A DNA stretch of 55,119 bases from Candidatus Omnitrophota bacterium. Its GTDB lineage: Bacteria > Omnitrophota > Gorgyraeia > Gorgyraeales > Gorgyraeaceae. The notes under the pieces were generated by a model. It saw only the letters and a list, made by a program, of their open reading frames with translations. It searched no databases and had not been told where the DNA came from. Positions 1 through 8,455 of the stretch are shown in pieces (position 1 is the stretch's first letter; each line of letters starts with the position of its first letter). Position numbers and translations under genes: made by a program. The stretch is from positions 1 to 55,119 of the forward strand of contig JBAZEP010000007.1 in assembly GCA_041653835.1 (NCBI GenBank), read 5' to 3'.

Positions 1-389
1 CGATGCGCCAATTGTTCCTGGCTCAACCCTTTCCGGATCCTCGCTTCTTTAATAAGCGCCCCAAACTTCCGGAAAAAAACCGGCGTGGCGCTTGAGGGCT
101 TTCTACGCGCTTGTCCATGCGCATCTACGAGCTGTTCATAGATTGTTTCCCACCAATCCCTGAAATCTGACTGCCGCGCGCGTTTTATCCATTGAACCCT
201 GATCTTTGGCCATGCGTCTATAAACTCATCCTTTGTGATCAAAGAAAACAACTCCTTTGGCTTATCACAGCGCGACAGAAAAATTACCATTTTAACCGGA
301 AATTGCGGATGTTTTGGATTTTTAAGTATTTTGGCTGTTTCTTTCAGGGCATTTTCACTTATGTCCCAAAAATATTTTGAAATAAACAT
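1..389 (-). CDS. XRE-family helix-turn-helix transcriptional regulator with long N-terminal extension (partial, runs off left edge; absent from ORF track)
   Basis: Manual translation from ATG at 389: MFISKYFWDISENALKETAKILKNPKHPQFPVKMVIFLSRCDKPKELFSLITKDEFIDAWPKIRVQWIKRARQSDFRDWWETIYEQLVDAHGQARRKPSSATPVFFRKFGALIKEARIRKGLSQEQLAHR. Open to the edge; GALIKEARIRKGLSQEQLA is the typical start of an XRE/Cro-C1 HTH. ATG overlaps the upstream stop (TAATG). Confidence 0.75.
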   Translation of the reverse strand, partial: MFISKYFWDISENALKETAKILKNPKHPQFPVKMVIFLSRCDKPKELFSLITKDEFIDAWPKIRVQWIKRARQSDFRDWWETIYEQLVDAHGQARRKPSSATPVFFRKFGALIKEARIRKGLSQEQLAH

Positions 390-523
390 TATTCTATTGC
401 CTCCATGGCTAATTGCTTGACCTCGTTTTCCAGGTAAATAACTAATCCCCCGGCATTAAACTCAGTATCGTAAATATCCAGCTCCATTAGCGCGAGCTTA
501 AAATCCATAGAAATCCCCGCCAT
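389..523 (-). CDS. Putative 44-aa acidic small protein, translationally coupled to the XRE gene
   Basis: MAGISMDFKLALMELDIYDTEFNAGGLVIYLENEVKQLAMEAIE*. Lies downstream of a good sigma70-like promoter; its TAA overlaps the XRE ATG. No family recognised. Confidence 0.35.
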   Translation of the reverse strand: MAGISMDFKLALMELDIYDTEFNAGGLVIYLENEVKQLAMEAIE

Positions 524-557
524 ATTTGTATATAGATTATAACCTATTTCTATATAG

Positions 558-585
558 AGTATAAGCTATATTTTTACTTTGTCAA
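558..585 (-). promoter_or_regulatory. Sigma70-like promoter candidate for small ORF + XRE gene
   Basis: Minus strand TTGACA (585-580), 16-nt spacer, TATACT (563-558). Confidence 0.5.
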
Positions 586-822
586 CAGCCGCTTTGAGAT
601 ATTCCTTGCCAAGAACTAAGTTATTCAAAAACTCTGCGGCCTCTTTCATAAAATCCTCTATTAAGACCTGTAAAGCGGCTACATTGCTTTCAACAATTTT
701 AGATCGCTTAACATTCGATCATGAAACTCAAATAAATACTCCAATATTACATTCCAGCCCCATTTGTTTTGGATAAGAAAACTAACTACTTCTTTACAAA
801 AACTATCTATTGGCAAATGCTG

Positions 823-1659
823 CTAATCCAAGAGTTTCTTGCTTTGAGTTTCTTTTAGATAATTTTTACGCGTTAATACTTTTTTACCGCTCTTTCTTTC
901 CAATTCTTTTCTCGCGTTGCCCGCGACAGCGCCGCCTTCCTGGGCCGCTTGCTTGTTCTCGATAAATCCCTGAGCATTTTTATTCATGGTAATTTCTTTA
1001 GTGGATGCCTCTCCAAGCATTGAGAAAATTAACTCCAAGTCATTCATATGATCCCGCAGATTCTCCCGCTTCAACCTTTTAAACTTTTTATACGCGGATG
1101 GAGTCAGGCCAAAAGCTGCTTTCGATATCTCAGCGGTCAGGATTTCATATTCCCTGGGTTTTCTTATATCTCTTTTTTGCCATTGGTCAGTTAGTTCTTC
1201 CCGAATAGCTATACCGCGTAGTCTCTTTTCTATCCAGTCATCGCTGTATCCTTTCGCCTTATATAATGCCCGCGTTCTCTTTGTAGCTAGTTCAGGATCT
1301 TCTATTTCCTGAATCCGCTCATAGCCGACCCTTGCCAGCCACCTTTTAAATGGTTCAGCTTTAGGCGATGGAACTGACTGGATAATACGAAAAATGCCTT
1401 CTGTATTGGCACAATCTGTTTCATATTTTTTACCATCCAAGGCTTCCAATTTCAGTCCGTGACAAAATGTCACGACCTCACTTCCTTCCGCTGTTAATCT
1501 TTGTTTGAGCTTTCTCCAATATGAGCCTGCATCTAAGCTCTCAGTAAGAACATTACATACATCCACAACCGAAAACCACCATTCATTCTTATGAATGGTT
1601 TTCCTGATCTCTTTCTTCCGGAAAATGGCAATTTTAGTAACAGCTGTTTGTTTTGTCAT
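823..1659 (-). CDS. Bro-N domain protein (phage antirepressor / BRO family)
   Basis: N-terminal IRKTIHKNEWWFSVVDVCNVL...YWRKLKQRL and IFRIIQSVPSPKAEPFKRWLARVGYERIQEIEDPE are typical of bacterial Bro-N proteins. Confidence 0.85.
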   Translation of the reverse strand: MTKQTAVTKIAIFRKKEIRKTIHKNEWWFSVVDVCNVLTESLDAGSYWRKLKQRLTAEGSEVVTFCHGLKLEALDGKKYETDCANTEGIFRIIQSVPSPKAEPFKRWLARVGYERIQEIEDPELATKRTRALYKAKGYSDDWIEKRLRGIAIREELTDQWQKRDIRKPREYEILTAEISKAAFGLTPSAYKKFKRLKRENLRDHMNDLELIFSMLGEASTKEITMNKNAQGFIENKQAAQEGGAVAGNARKELERKSGKKVLTRKNYLKETQSKKLLD

Positions 1660-1690
1660 TCATCCCCCAGATTTTTAATTACTATATATA

Positions 1691-1719
1691 AATCTACCCT
1701 CTTATAACTTAAAAGTCAA
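1691..1719 (-). promoter_or_regulatory. Sigma70-like promoter candidate for Bro-N gene
   Basis: Minus strand TTGACT (1719-1714), 17-nt spacer, TAGATT (1696-1691); GGGGGA SD-like motif just before the ATG. Confidence 0.45.
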
Positions 1720-1781
1720 TAGGCGCCGGCGGAATGTGTCTATCAGGCATGTTGTGATGGACTATTAAGAGGAAGGGCATT

Positions 1782-3713
1782 TCAATCTATAAATTCTCTG
1801 TGCCATAGTTCCAGGAACAATAAACTCCAAATCCTGGCGCCGTTATTGGCCCTGGCCGCTACATGCTCATCCAAAAGTCTTTTTACGCTTTCTTTCTTAA
1901 AATAACTTCTCTTAAGGCTTTTTTCACTCATTAAAACCTCATAGGCATAATTTTTCAGTTCCACCCTGAACCATTTATCAACAGGGATACCGAACCCCAT
2001 TTTTCCCCTTCCGAGTATCTCTTCAGGAAGTTTCCCATGCAAAGACTTTTTAAGTATATATTTAAGTTTCATGCCCTTTATTTTCATATTGCTCGGCATG
2101 GCGGCGCAAAACTCCATCATCTTATGGTCCAGGAACGGAGACCTTCCTTCCAGCGAATTCGCCATTGTAGCGATATCCATCTTTACAAGCAGATCGTCCA
2201 GCAGGTTGGTTTTTATATCCGCGTACATCACTTTATCGACCACGTCAGGCGAGCCGCATTCATTAAACGCCGTATTCAAATAATCGAAAGAATGCCTGGC
2301 GGATATTTCTTTATTAAATTCATCGGTAAATAGACTATCCTTTTCATGATTATTAAATATAGCCATCCAATTGTAATGCCTTTTTTTGTATGGTTCAGAC
2401 AATTCCATTAGAAATCTTCTAGTTCTTGCTCTAGAATCTTTAACCCCTAAAGATTCAGGTATTTTCCTAATAATCAGTTTTATGATACTTTCCTTAAACG
2501 GAACTGGTATTCTATTGAGTAATTCCGCATATTTGGCTGCCATGAACCTTTCATACCCTCCAAAACATTCATCCCCGCCGTCGCCATTAAGTGCTACCGT
2601 CACTTCCTGTCTGGTCATTTGAGCTACATAATAACTTGGAAGCGCCGAAGAATCAGCGTAAGGCTCATTATAATGCCATACGAGTTTCGGCAGAAGTTCT
2701 ATCGCATTTGGTTTTACAATATATTCGCGGTGCTCTGTCTTAAATCTATCCGAGATAATCCTCGCGTATTTTAACTCACTGTATTTCTCTTCATTAAAGC
2801 CTATAGAAAACGTTTTTACGGGTTTTGAGTTTAATTTGCTCATCATATAAACTACCACGCTTGAATCTATGCCACCGCTTAAAAATGCCCCGAGCGGCAC
2901 ATCGCTTATAAGCCTGATCTTAGTGCATTCCTCAAGAAGTTCCATTGTCCTGTCACAATAATCTTCTTCGGACATCCTGATCTTCCTGGAAAAATCCAGT
3001 TCCCAGTATTTTTCTAATTTTATATTACCTTTTTCATATATCATAAAATGCGCGGGAGGCAGTTTCATAATATTTTTAAACGCGGTTTCAGGAGTCGGCA
3101 CATATCCATAGCTCAAATAGTCTGTTATGGTAGGCCTATTGACTTCCACAGATGTTTCAGGATCCTGAAGAATGGATTTAATTTCAGAAGCGAAAGTTAG
3201 TGTTTGATTTTTATAAGTATAAAATAGGGGCTTTTTACCGATCCTGTCTCTCGCGATAAAAAGCCTATCTTTATGGCTATCCCATATAGCGAAAGCGAAC
3301 GGGCCTCTCATATCTTTAAGGCATTCTACGCCTTTATCCTCATATAAATGCAATACCATTTCGGTATCGGTATGGGATTTAAACCTGTGGCCTTTTTTCT
3401 CAAGCGCTTTTTTTAATTCTAAAAAATTATAGATCTCTCCATTCAGGACTATCCAAATAGCGCCATCTTCATTGCTCATAGGCTGATGCCCGGCAGGTGA
3501 TAAGTCAATAATAGCGAGCCTCCTATGCCCCAGCCCAACACTAACAGAACTGCTACTGCCAATACTGTTCGAGCGAGACCGCGAAGCGGCCGAGTCGAGA
3601 ACTTCTACTCCCTCGCTATCCGGCCCTCTATGCACTAAAACCTCACACATTTTACGTATGAGGTTTTCACTGACCACGCTATTTAAGCTGATCTTCCCGC
3701 ATATTCCGCACAT
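1782..3713 (-). CDS. asnB: Asparagine synthase (glutamine-hydrolysing) family amidotransferase, probably glycan amidation; carries an in-frame repeat-derived insert
   Basis: Ntn start MCGICG (true ATG at 3713, not 3755), HRGPD, LGHRRLAIID, NGEIYN, RDRIGKKPL, LSGGIDSS, GDGGDECFGGY. Confidence 0.93.
   Translation of the reverse strand: MCGICGKISLNSVVSENLIRKMCEVLVHRGPDSEGVEVLDSAASRSRSNSIGSSSSVSVGLGHRRLAIIDLSPAGHQPMSNEDGAIWIVLNGEIYNFLELKKALEKKGHRFKSHTDTEMVLHLYEDKGVECLKDMRGPFAFAIWDSHKDRLFIARDRIGKKPLFYTYKNQTLTFASEIKSILQDPETSVEVNRPTITDYLSYGYVPTPETAFKNIMKLPPAHFMIYEKGNIKLEKYWELDFSRKIRMSEEDYCDRTMELLEECTKIRLISDVPLGAFLSGGIDSSVVVYMMSKLNSKPVKTFSIGFNEEKYSELKYARIISDRFKTEHREYIVKPNAIELLPKLVWHYNEPYADSSALPSYYVAQMTRQEVTVALNGDGGDECFGGYERFMAAKYAELLNRIPVPFKESIIKLIIRKIPESLGVKDSRARTRRFLMELSEPYKKRHYNWMAIFNNHEKDSLFTDEFNKEISARHSFDYLNTAFNECGSPDVVDKVMYADIKTNLLDDLLVKMDIATMANSLEGRSPFLDHKMMEFCAAMPSNMKIKGMKLKYILKKSLHGKLPEEILGRGKMGFGIPVDKWFRVELKNYAYEVLMSEKSLKRSYFKKESVKRLLDEHVAARANNGARIWSLLFLELWHREFID
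3560..3602. repeat. Half-copy of the TTCTCGAC/GTCGAGAA palindromic repeat inside the asnB reading frame
   Basis: CAATACTGTTCGAGCGA-gaccgcgaagcggccg-AGTCGAGAAC matches the right arms at 47739-47790, 48139-48190 and 51080-51105. Translated on the minus strand as VLDSAASRSRSNSI. Confidence 0.85.
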
Positions 3714-3714
3714 A

Positions 3715-4695
3715 TCAATCTTTTCTTCCTGCGATAATAGTAATATTTGGCGCAAAGTATCCGATATTGCCTAGCCTTAACGCCTGTTCTATTTTAGATA
3801 TCCGGTAAAACAATATCCTGAGAATAAAATTTTTCCAATCCAAAAACCATGGGCTTGGATATTGATAATAATGACCTACATATTTATGCCAGGCAGGTAG
3901 TTGTATAGGCCTGCCAATAATGACTTTTTTTATCTTGAACCCGCACGATCCAAGCATGGCCTTTAAAGTATCGTGAGAATAATGTATGACGTGCTCATAA
4001 GAATCGAATATGTCGTGGTCTTTAAGCCTGCCCATGCTCTTGGCAAGCTTTAGTTTTAGTAGATTATAACTTCCATTTGGGACTTTTATGAAAAGTATGC
4101 CGTCTTTTTTAAGTACTTTTTTTATATCCGCTAGTAATTTTTTGGGCTCTGCTATATGTTCGAACACATCTGTCATCGTGACTATGTCAAAAGACCCATC
4201 CTCGAAACCAGCTTTATCCAGATAGGTGGTCTTGACGTTCAGACCAAAATATTTCCTGGCTATTTCGGATAGCGCTGGAGACGGGTCCACTCCAGTGACA
4301 TCCCATTTTTTTCCCCTGGTATGCCTAAGGAAAAACCCCATATTAGTGCCAATATCCAAAAAATTCCCGCTAGGCTTATATTTTTCTATTATTTTCAGGT
4401 CTTCTATATAATTAATATCCCTGTGATGTTTAGCAGAACCATTGAACACCATCCTTGCTTCTTCATAGTACCTCGCCTCATCTCCCCAGTAATTTTTCTC
4501 GGGCTCTTTCAGCATAGGGCTCACATATATAAGATCGCACTTTTTACACCTCACTATACCGATACTACCCCTCTCAGTATAGACCTTGGCGCTATCCTTG
4601 CTATTACAGAAAGGACAATCCCTTTCCATGACCTCTTCCGGGCCATAGTATGATTTCTGCTTTCCGCCTTTTTTATAATTATCAGATGTTTGCAT
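3715..4695 (-). CDS. Class I SAM-dependent methyltransferase with N-terminal Cys-pair (Zn-ribbon-like) region
   Basis: CPFC...CKKC; motif I FLDIGTNMG; FDIVTMTDVFEHI. Confidence 0.85.
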   Translation of the reverse strand: MQTSDNYKKGGKQKSYYGPEEVMERDCPFCNSKDSAKVYTERGSIGIVRCKKCDLIYVSPMLKEPEKNYWGDEARYYEEARMVFNGSAKHHRDINYIEDLKIIEKYKPSGNFLDIGTNMGFFLRHTRGKKWDVTGVDPSPALSEIARKYFGLNVKTTYLDKAGFEDGSFDIVTMTDVFEHIAEPKKLLADIKKVLKKDGILFIKVPNGSYNLLKLKLAKSMGRLKDHDIFDSYEHVIHYSHDTLKAMLGSCGFKIKKVIIGRPIQLPAWHKYVGHYYQYPSPWFLDWKNFILRILFYRISKIEQALRLGNIGYFAPNITIIAGRKD

Positions 4696-4696
4696 G

Positions 4697-5395
4697 TTAT
4701 TTAAAAAATTTTACTTTAAAGATAGCCTTGATAGCAGGGACGATGTCCATAGCTTTTACTTTTTTACCTTGTCTCGAGCTCCTGGCTTTATATATAACGG
4801 GCACTTCTTTTATCTTAAAGCCTTTTTTGCATAGTTTACTTACTGCTTCAAAATCAAAAGCAATGCCTCTTGATTCTATGTCTACTTTCCTAAAACTCGA
4901 TGTCCTGTATAACCTGGTACCTATGATATCAGTAAAACGCCTTCCGTAAAATAAATTTATCAAAAAAGTAGTGACGAGCGTACCTAGATAATAGGGCCGT
5001 TCTTTTACGAGCTTATGGATCGATATGATATTTTTCCTGATATTATAAAGCCTGGAGCCGAACACAGCATCCAGATTTTCTTTTTCAGCTAAATCAAGCA
5101 TTTTTGGGACACATTCTATGTCGTATTCTAGATCGGAATACTGCACATAGATGTACTCTCCTTTCGCAAGTTCCGATCCTATTTTTACAGACTGACCATA
5201 ACCATAATTCTTGGGCTGGAACACTATTTTCACAGAACCGTCATCCATTGACTTTAGTATCTCTCTCGAGCCGTCTGTGGAGCAGTTGTCTATGATGATT
5301 ATTTCTTTATCTATATTCAGCGCTTTTGTCTCTTCTACAGCCTTGAATATCGTAGCCTTCTCATTGAAACACGTAACTATTACAGTTAATTTCAT
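4697..5395 (-). CDS. GT2 glycosyltransferase (DPM1/polyprenol-phosphate sugar synthase-like)
   Basis: TCFNEKATI, IIIIDNCSTDGS, NYGYG, YSDLEYD, FDFE, IKEVPVIYKAR. Confidence 0.85.
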   Translation of the reverse strand: MKLTVIVTCFNEKATIFKAVEETKALNIDKEIIIIDNCSTDGSREILKSMDDGSVKIVFQPKNYGYGQSVKIGSELAKGEYIYVQYSDLEYDIECVPKMLDLAEKENLDAVFGSRLYNIRKNIISIHKLVKERPYYLGTLVTTFLINLFYGRRFTDIIGTRLYRTSSFRKVDIESRGIAFDFEAVSKLCKKGFKIKEVPVIYKARSSRQGKKVKAMDIVPAIKAIFKVKFFK

Positions 5396-6705
5396 ATTTT
5401 ATTTTTGAAAAAACCATCTACGGTTTTTTCTATGTAATATAACATGGATTTTGTAAGGCCTGGATAAACTCCTATCCAGAAAAGATCGTTCATCACTAGA
5501 TCCGTATTATACAATTCTCCTGTTATCCTGCATTTCATGTTTTTATATGCAGGCTGCTTCGTAAGATTGCCTCCGAAAAGCATCCTTGTAACGATCTTGT
5601 TATTTTCTAAATGGCTTATTATGGCTGACCGCTTAAACGTAGCTCCGCCTCTTACCATGACAGGGAATCCGAACCAACTCGGTTCAGAATACTTTTCTGC
5701 CTGCGGCAATATAAGATATTCTTCATATTTTTTAAAAACAGCTAAAAGAGAGCTGAAATTCTCTCTCCTTCTCTCGATAAAAGTCTGTAGCTTTTCTAAT
5801 TGCGCGACCCCTATAGCAGCCTGCATGTCCGTAACTTTAAGGTTATACCCTATATGAGAATAAACATATTTATGGTCATAACCTAATGGCAGGTCCCCGA
5901 ATTTTTGCGTAAATCTTTTTCTGCATGTATCATCTTTACCTGTATCACACCAGCAATCCCTTCCCCAGTCACGGAAAGAAAGGATTATTTTACGTAGCAT
6001 TGGATCATTCGTCAGGACCGCTCCTCCTTCACCCATTGTCATGTGATGTGGGGGATAAAAACTGCTTGTAGAGATATCCCCAAAACTCCCGGTATATTTA
6101 TTTCTGTATTTTGAGCCAAGCGAATCGCAATTATCCTCTATCCACCAAAGGCCATATTTTTTTACTATTTTTTTAACCATATCTATATTTATAGGATTCC
6201 CTAGAGTATGGGCTGTAAAAATAGCCTTTGTCTTTTTAGAGATGGCTTTTTCTATTTTTTCTGCTTGTATATTATAAGTCCCGAGCTCTACATCTACAAA
6301 TACAGGTATAAGGCCATTTTGAAGTATTGGATTAAGCGTTGTCGGAAATCCGCAAGCAGTAGTTATCACCTCGTCTCCGGGCTTAAGCCTCCTCTCACCT
6401 AAAAGCGATGAGGTTAATGCGGTAATAGCTAAAAGATTGGCTGAAGAGCCTGAATTAACTAAAAGACAATGCTTTACTCCTAAGGCCTCGGGGAATTTTC
6501 TTTCGAATTCTTCAGCATATTTTCCAGCAGTAAGCCAAAAATCCAGAGAAGCGTCGACTAGATTGACCAATTCTTTCTCGTCATAGACGCGTCCTGCGTA
6601 ATTGACCCTTGTAGCTCCAGGAACGAACTTATTATGTTTTTCCGCTCTATGAAATTGTATTACTTTTTTAAGTATATCTTTCCTTAAAGAAGCTTGTTTT
6701 TTCAT
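5392..6705 (-). CDS. rfbH: CDP-4-keto-6-deoxy-D-glucose 3-dehydrase (E1, RfbH/DdhC/AscC family)
   Basis: NSGSSANLLA, EDNCDSLG, SFYPPHHMTMGEGG (His in place of the Schiff-base Lys), RDCWC...DDTC Fe-S cysteines, YDHKY. Confidence 0.92.
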   Translation of the reverse strand: MKKQASLRKDILKKVIQFHRAEKHNKFVPGATRVNYAGRVYDEKELVNLVDASLDFWLTAGKYAEEFERKFPEALGVKHCLLVNSGSSANLLAITALTSSLLGERRLKPGDEVITTACGFPTTLNPILQNGLIPVFVDVELGTYNIQAEKIEKAISKKTKAIFTAHTLGNPINIDMVKKIVKKYGLWWIEDNCDSLGSKYRNKYTGSFGDISTSSFYPPHHMTMGEGGAVLTNDPMLRKIILSFRDWGRDCWCDTGKDDTCRKRFTQKFGDLPLGYDHKYVYSHIGYNLKVTDMQAAIGVAQLEKLQTFIERRRENFSSLLAVFKKYEEYLILPQAEKYSEPSWFGFPVMVRGGATFKRSAIISHLENNKIVTRMLFGGNLTKQPAYKNMKCRITGELYNTDLVMNDLFWIGVYPGLTKSMLYYIEKTVDGFFKNKI

Positions 6706-8453
6706 TTTTTATCCTTTGATGATATAAGGTCTATTAGCATATTCGATCTTAATTCTTCAAGCGGTAAGAAAGGCTCTTGCTCCTCTATGGGCCTATTGAC
6801 TGATAATTTAGGCGAGACCTTTTCTTTAGGGCTTATGTCTATTTCCAAAAACATGGCACGGTCATCTTTAAAAAGCCTGGTAAGCGCTTTAGCGATCTCA
6901 TTTCCACGACTGATCTTCTGGACAGGTAAACAATAAGCAGCTACAACGCGCTGGAAATCAGGACAGCTGTAACCTATGACAGTAGACTGGAATCTGGAAT
7001 TAAAATATTGTTCCTGGAATTGCCTGACCATGCCATAACAGCGATTATTTATCAATATCACCTTGATAGGAAGTTTATAATGGCAGATGGTCTGAAGTTC
7101 CTGTATATTCAACTGAAAACCTCCATCCCCGTTTATTGATACTACTATCCTTCCAGGATCAGCAAAAGAAGCGCCTATTGCCATGGATAAGCTTGAACCC
7201 ATAGCGCCCGCGCCTCCCTGTGTAAGGAATCTCTGTTCTTTTTTTATCTTCAATGCCTGGGCAGCCCAGATCTGGTTCTGGCCCACATCAGCCGAGACTA
7301 CACAACTATCGGGAAGATACTTTGATAATTCATGGATAAAGAGGTCTGGGTGAATAGCGCTTCCTTTAGTTGTATAAGAAGAATACTTTTTCTTATAACT
7401 GGCTACGATATTTTTCCATGGCTTTATTTTAGATCTATCATACTTTCCCATATATTTATTCAACATCCCCAAAAAATCTTTTATATCGCAATGTAAAGCC
7501 AAGTCTACTTTTCTTTTATTATTCAATTCATGCATGTCTATATCCACATGAAAGATCTTGGCTCCTCTGGCGAATGTCTCTGGTATAGTACCAGTCTGAC
7601 GAGTATCTAATCTCGCGCCTAAGATCATGAGCAAGTCACTATTAGCAGTTGTCAGATTAGCGCATCTATTCCCGTAAGTGCCTATCATGCCTGAAAATTC
7701 ACTGTTATCATGACTAAAACCATCTATTCCCATCAAAGAAGACACTACTGGAATGCCTGTATGTTTTATGAATTTAGATAGTTCGTTATGGGCTTTTGAA
7801 AGCCTGAGCCCTCCTCCAATAAGGACAACTGGCCTGGATGAGGATTTTACTAATCCGATCACTTTTTTTATTTGGCTGATATCGGGTTTTTTAATTATTT
7901 TATCCGCATGAAAAACTTCTAATGATCCCGGGTCTATATCCGCTCGCTGGACATTCATAGGTATATCTATCAGAACAGGGCCAGGACGTCCGGACTTGGC
8001 TATATAGAACGCTTTTTCAAGATAGTAACGTATTTTTTTTGGATCAGTAACAAGCACCGCGTACTTTGTAATAGGTTTTACCAAATTCACGATATCTGTT
8101 TCCTGAAACCCTACCTGTCTTACAGGCTTATCGAATTTGAATTCATAGGTATTGACCTGGCCAGTTATAAATACGCACGGTATAGAGTCAAAAAAACAGC
8201 TCGCTATGCCAGTCAATAGATTAGTAGCCCCAGGCCCGCTCGTAGCCATGGCTACCCCTATATTCCCGCTTGAACGAGCAAAACCTTCTGCAGCAAAAGC
8301 AGCTGCTTGCTCATGATGCATGGATACGACACTTATGTCTTTTCTGCTATAAAGTGAATCCAAAAGATGCGTAATAGACCCTCCGCAGACTTCAAAAACA
8401 TGCGTCACATCTTTTGAAACAAGGTAATTTATTATATAGTCTGATAATTTCAC
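6702..8453 (-). CDS. ThDP-dependent acetolactate-synthase-like enzyme, probably YerE-like branched-sugar carboligase
   Basis: HHEQAAAFAAEG, TSGPGATN, FQETD, GRPGPVLIDIP, GDGGFQLNIQEL...NN ThDP motif; sits inside the CDP-dideoxysugar genes. Confidence 0.85.
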   Translation of the reverse strand: MKLSDYIINYLVSKDVTHVFEVCGGSITHLLDSLYSRKDISVVSMHHEQAAAFAAEGFARSSGNIGVAMATSGPGATNLLTGIASCFFDSIPCVFITGQVNTYEFKFDKPVRQVGFQETDIVNLVKPITKYAVLVTDPKKIRYYLEKAFYIAKSGRPGPVLIDIPMNVQRADIDPGSLEVFHADKIIKKPDISQIKKVIGLVKSSSRPVVLIGGGLRLSKAHNELSKFIKHTGIPVVSSLMGIDGFSHDNSEFSGMIGTYGNRCANLTTANSDLLMILGARLDTRQTGTIPETFARGAKIFHVDIDMHELNNKRKVDLALHCDIKDFLGMLNKYMGKYDRSKIKPWKNIVASYKKKYSSYTTKGSAIHPDLFIHELSKYLPDSCVVSADVGQNQIWAAQALKIKKEQRFLTQGGAGAMGSSLSMAIGASFADPGRIVVSINGDGGFQLNIQELQTICHYKLPIKVILINNRCYGMVRQFQEQYFNSRFQSTVIGYSCPDFQRVVAAYCLPVQKISRGNEIAKALTRLFKDDRAMFLEIDISPKEKVSPKLSVNRPIEEQEPFLPLEELRSNMLIDLISSKDKK

Positions 8454-8455
8454 AG

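Noticed and set aside
572-822. Possible gene remnant on the minus strand (...IVESNVAALQVLIEDFMKEAAEFLNNLVLGKEYLKAAVDKVKI*)
   Set aside because: It looks protein-like, but has no start, has upstream stops, and no family was recognised; not supportable as a pseudogene without a search.
6702-8453. Housekeeping ilvB call
   Set aside because: No small regulatory subunit or ilvC/ilvD nearby, and the gene is embedded among CDP-sugar genes, so no gene symbol was assigned.
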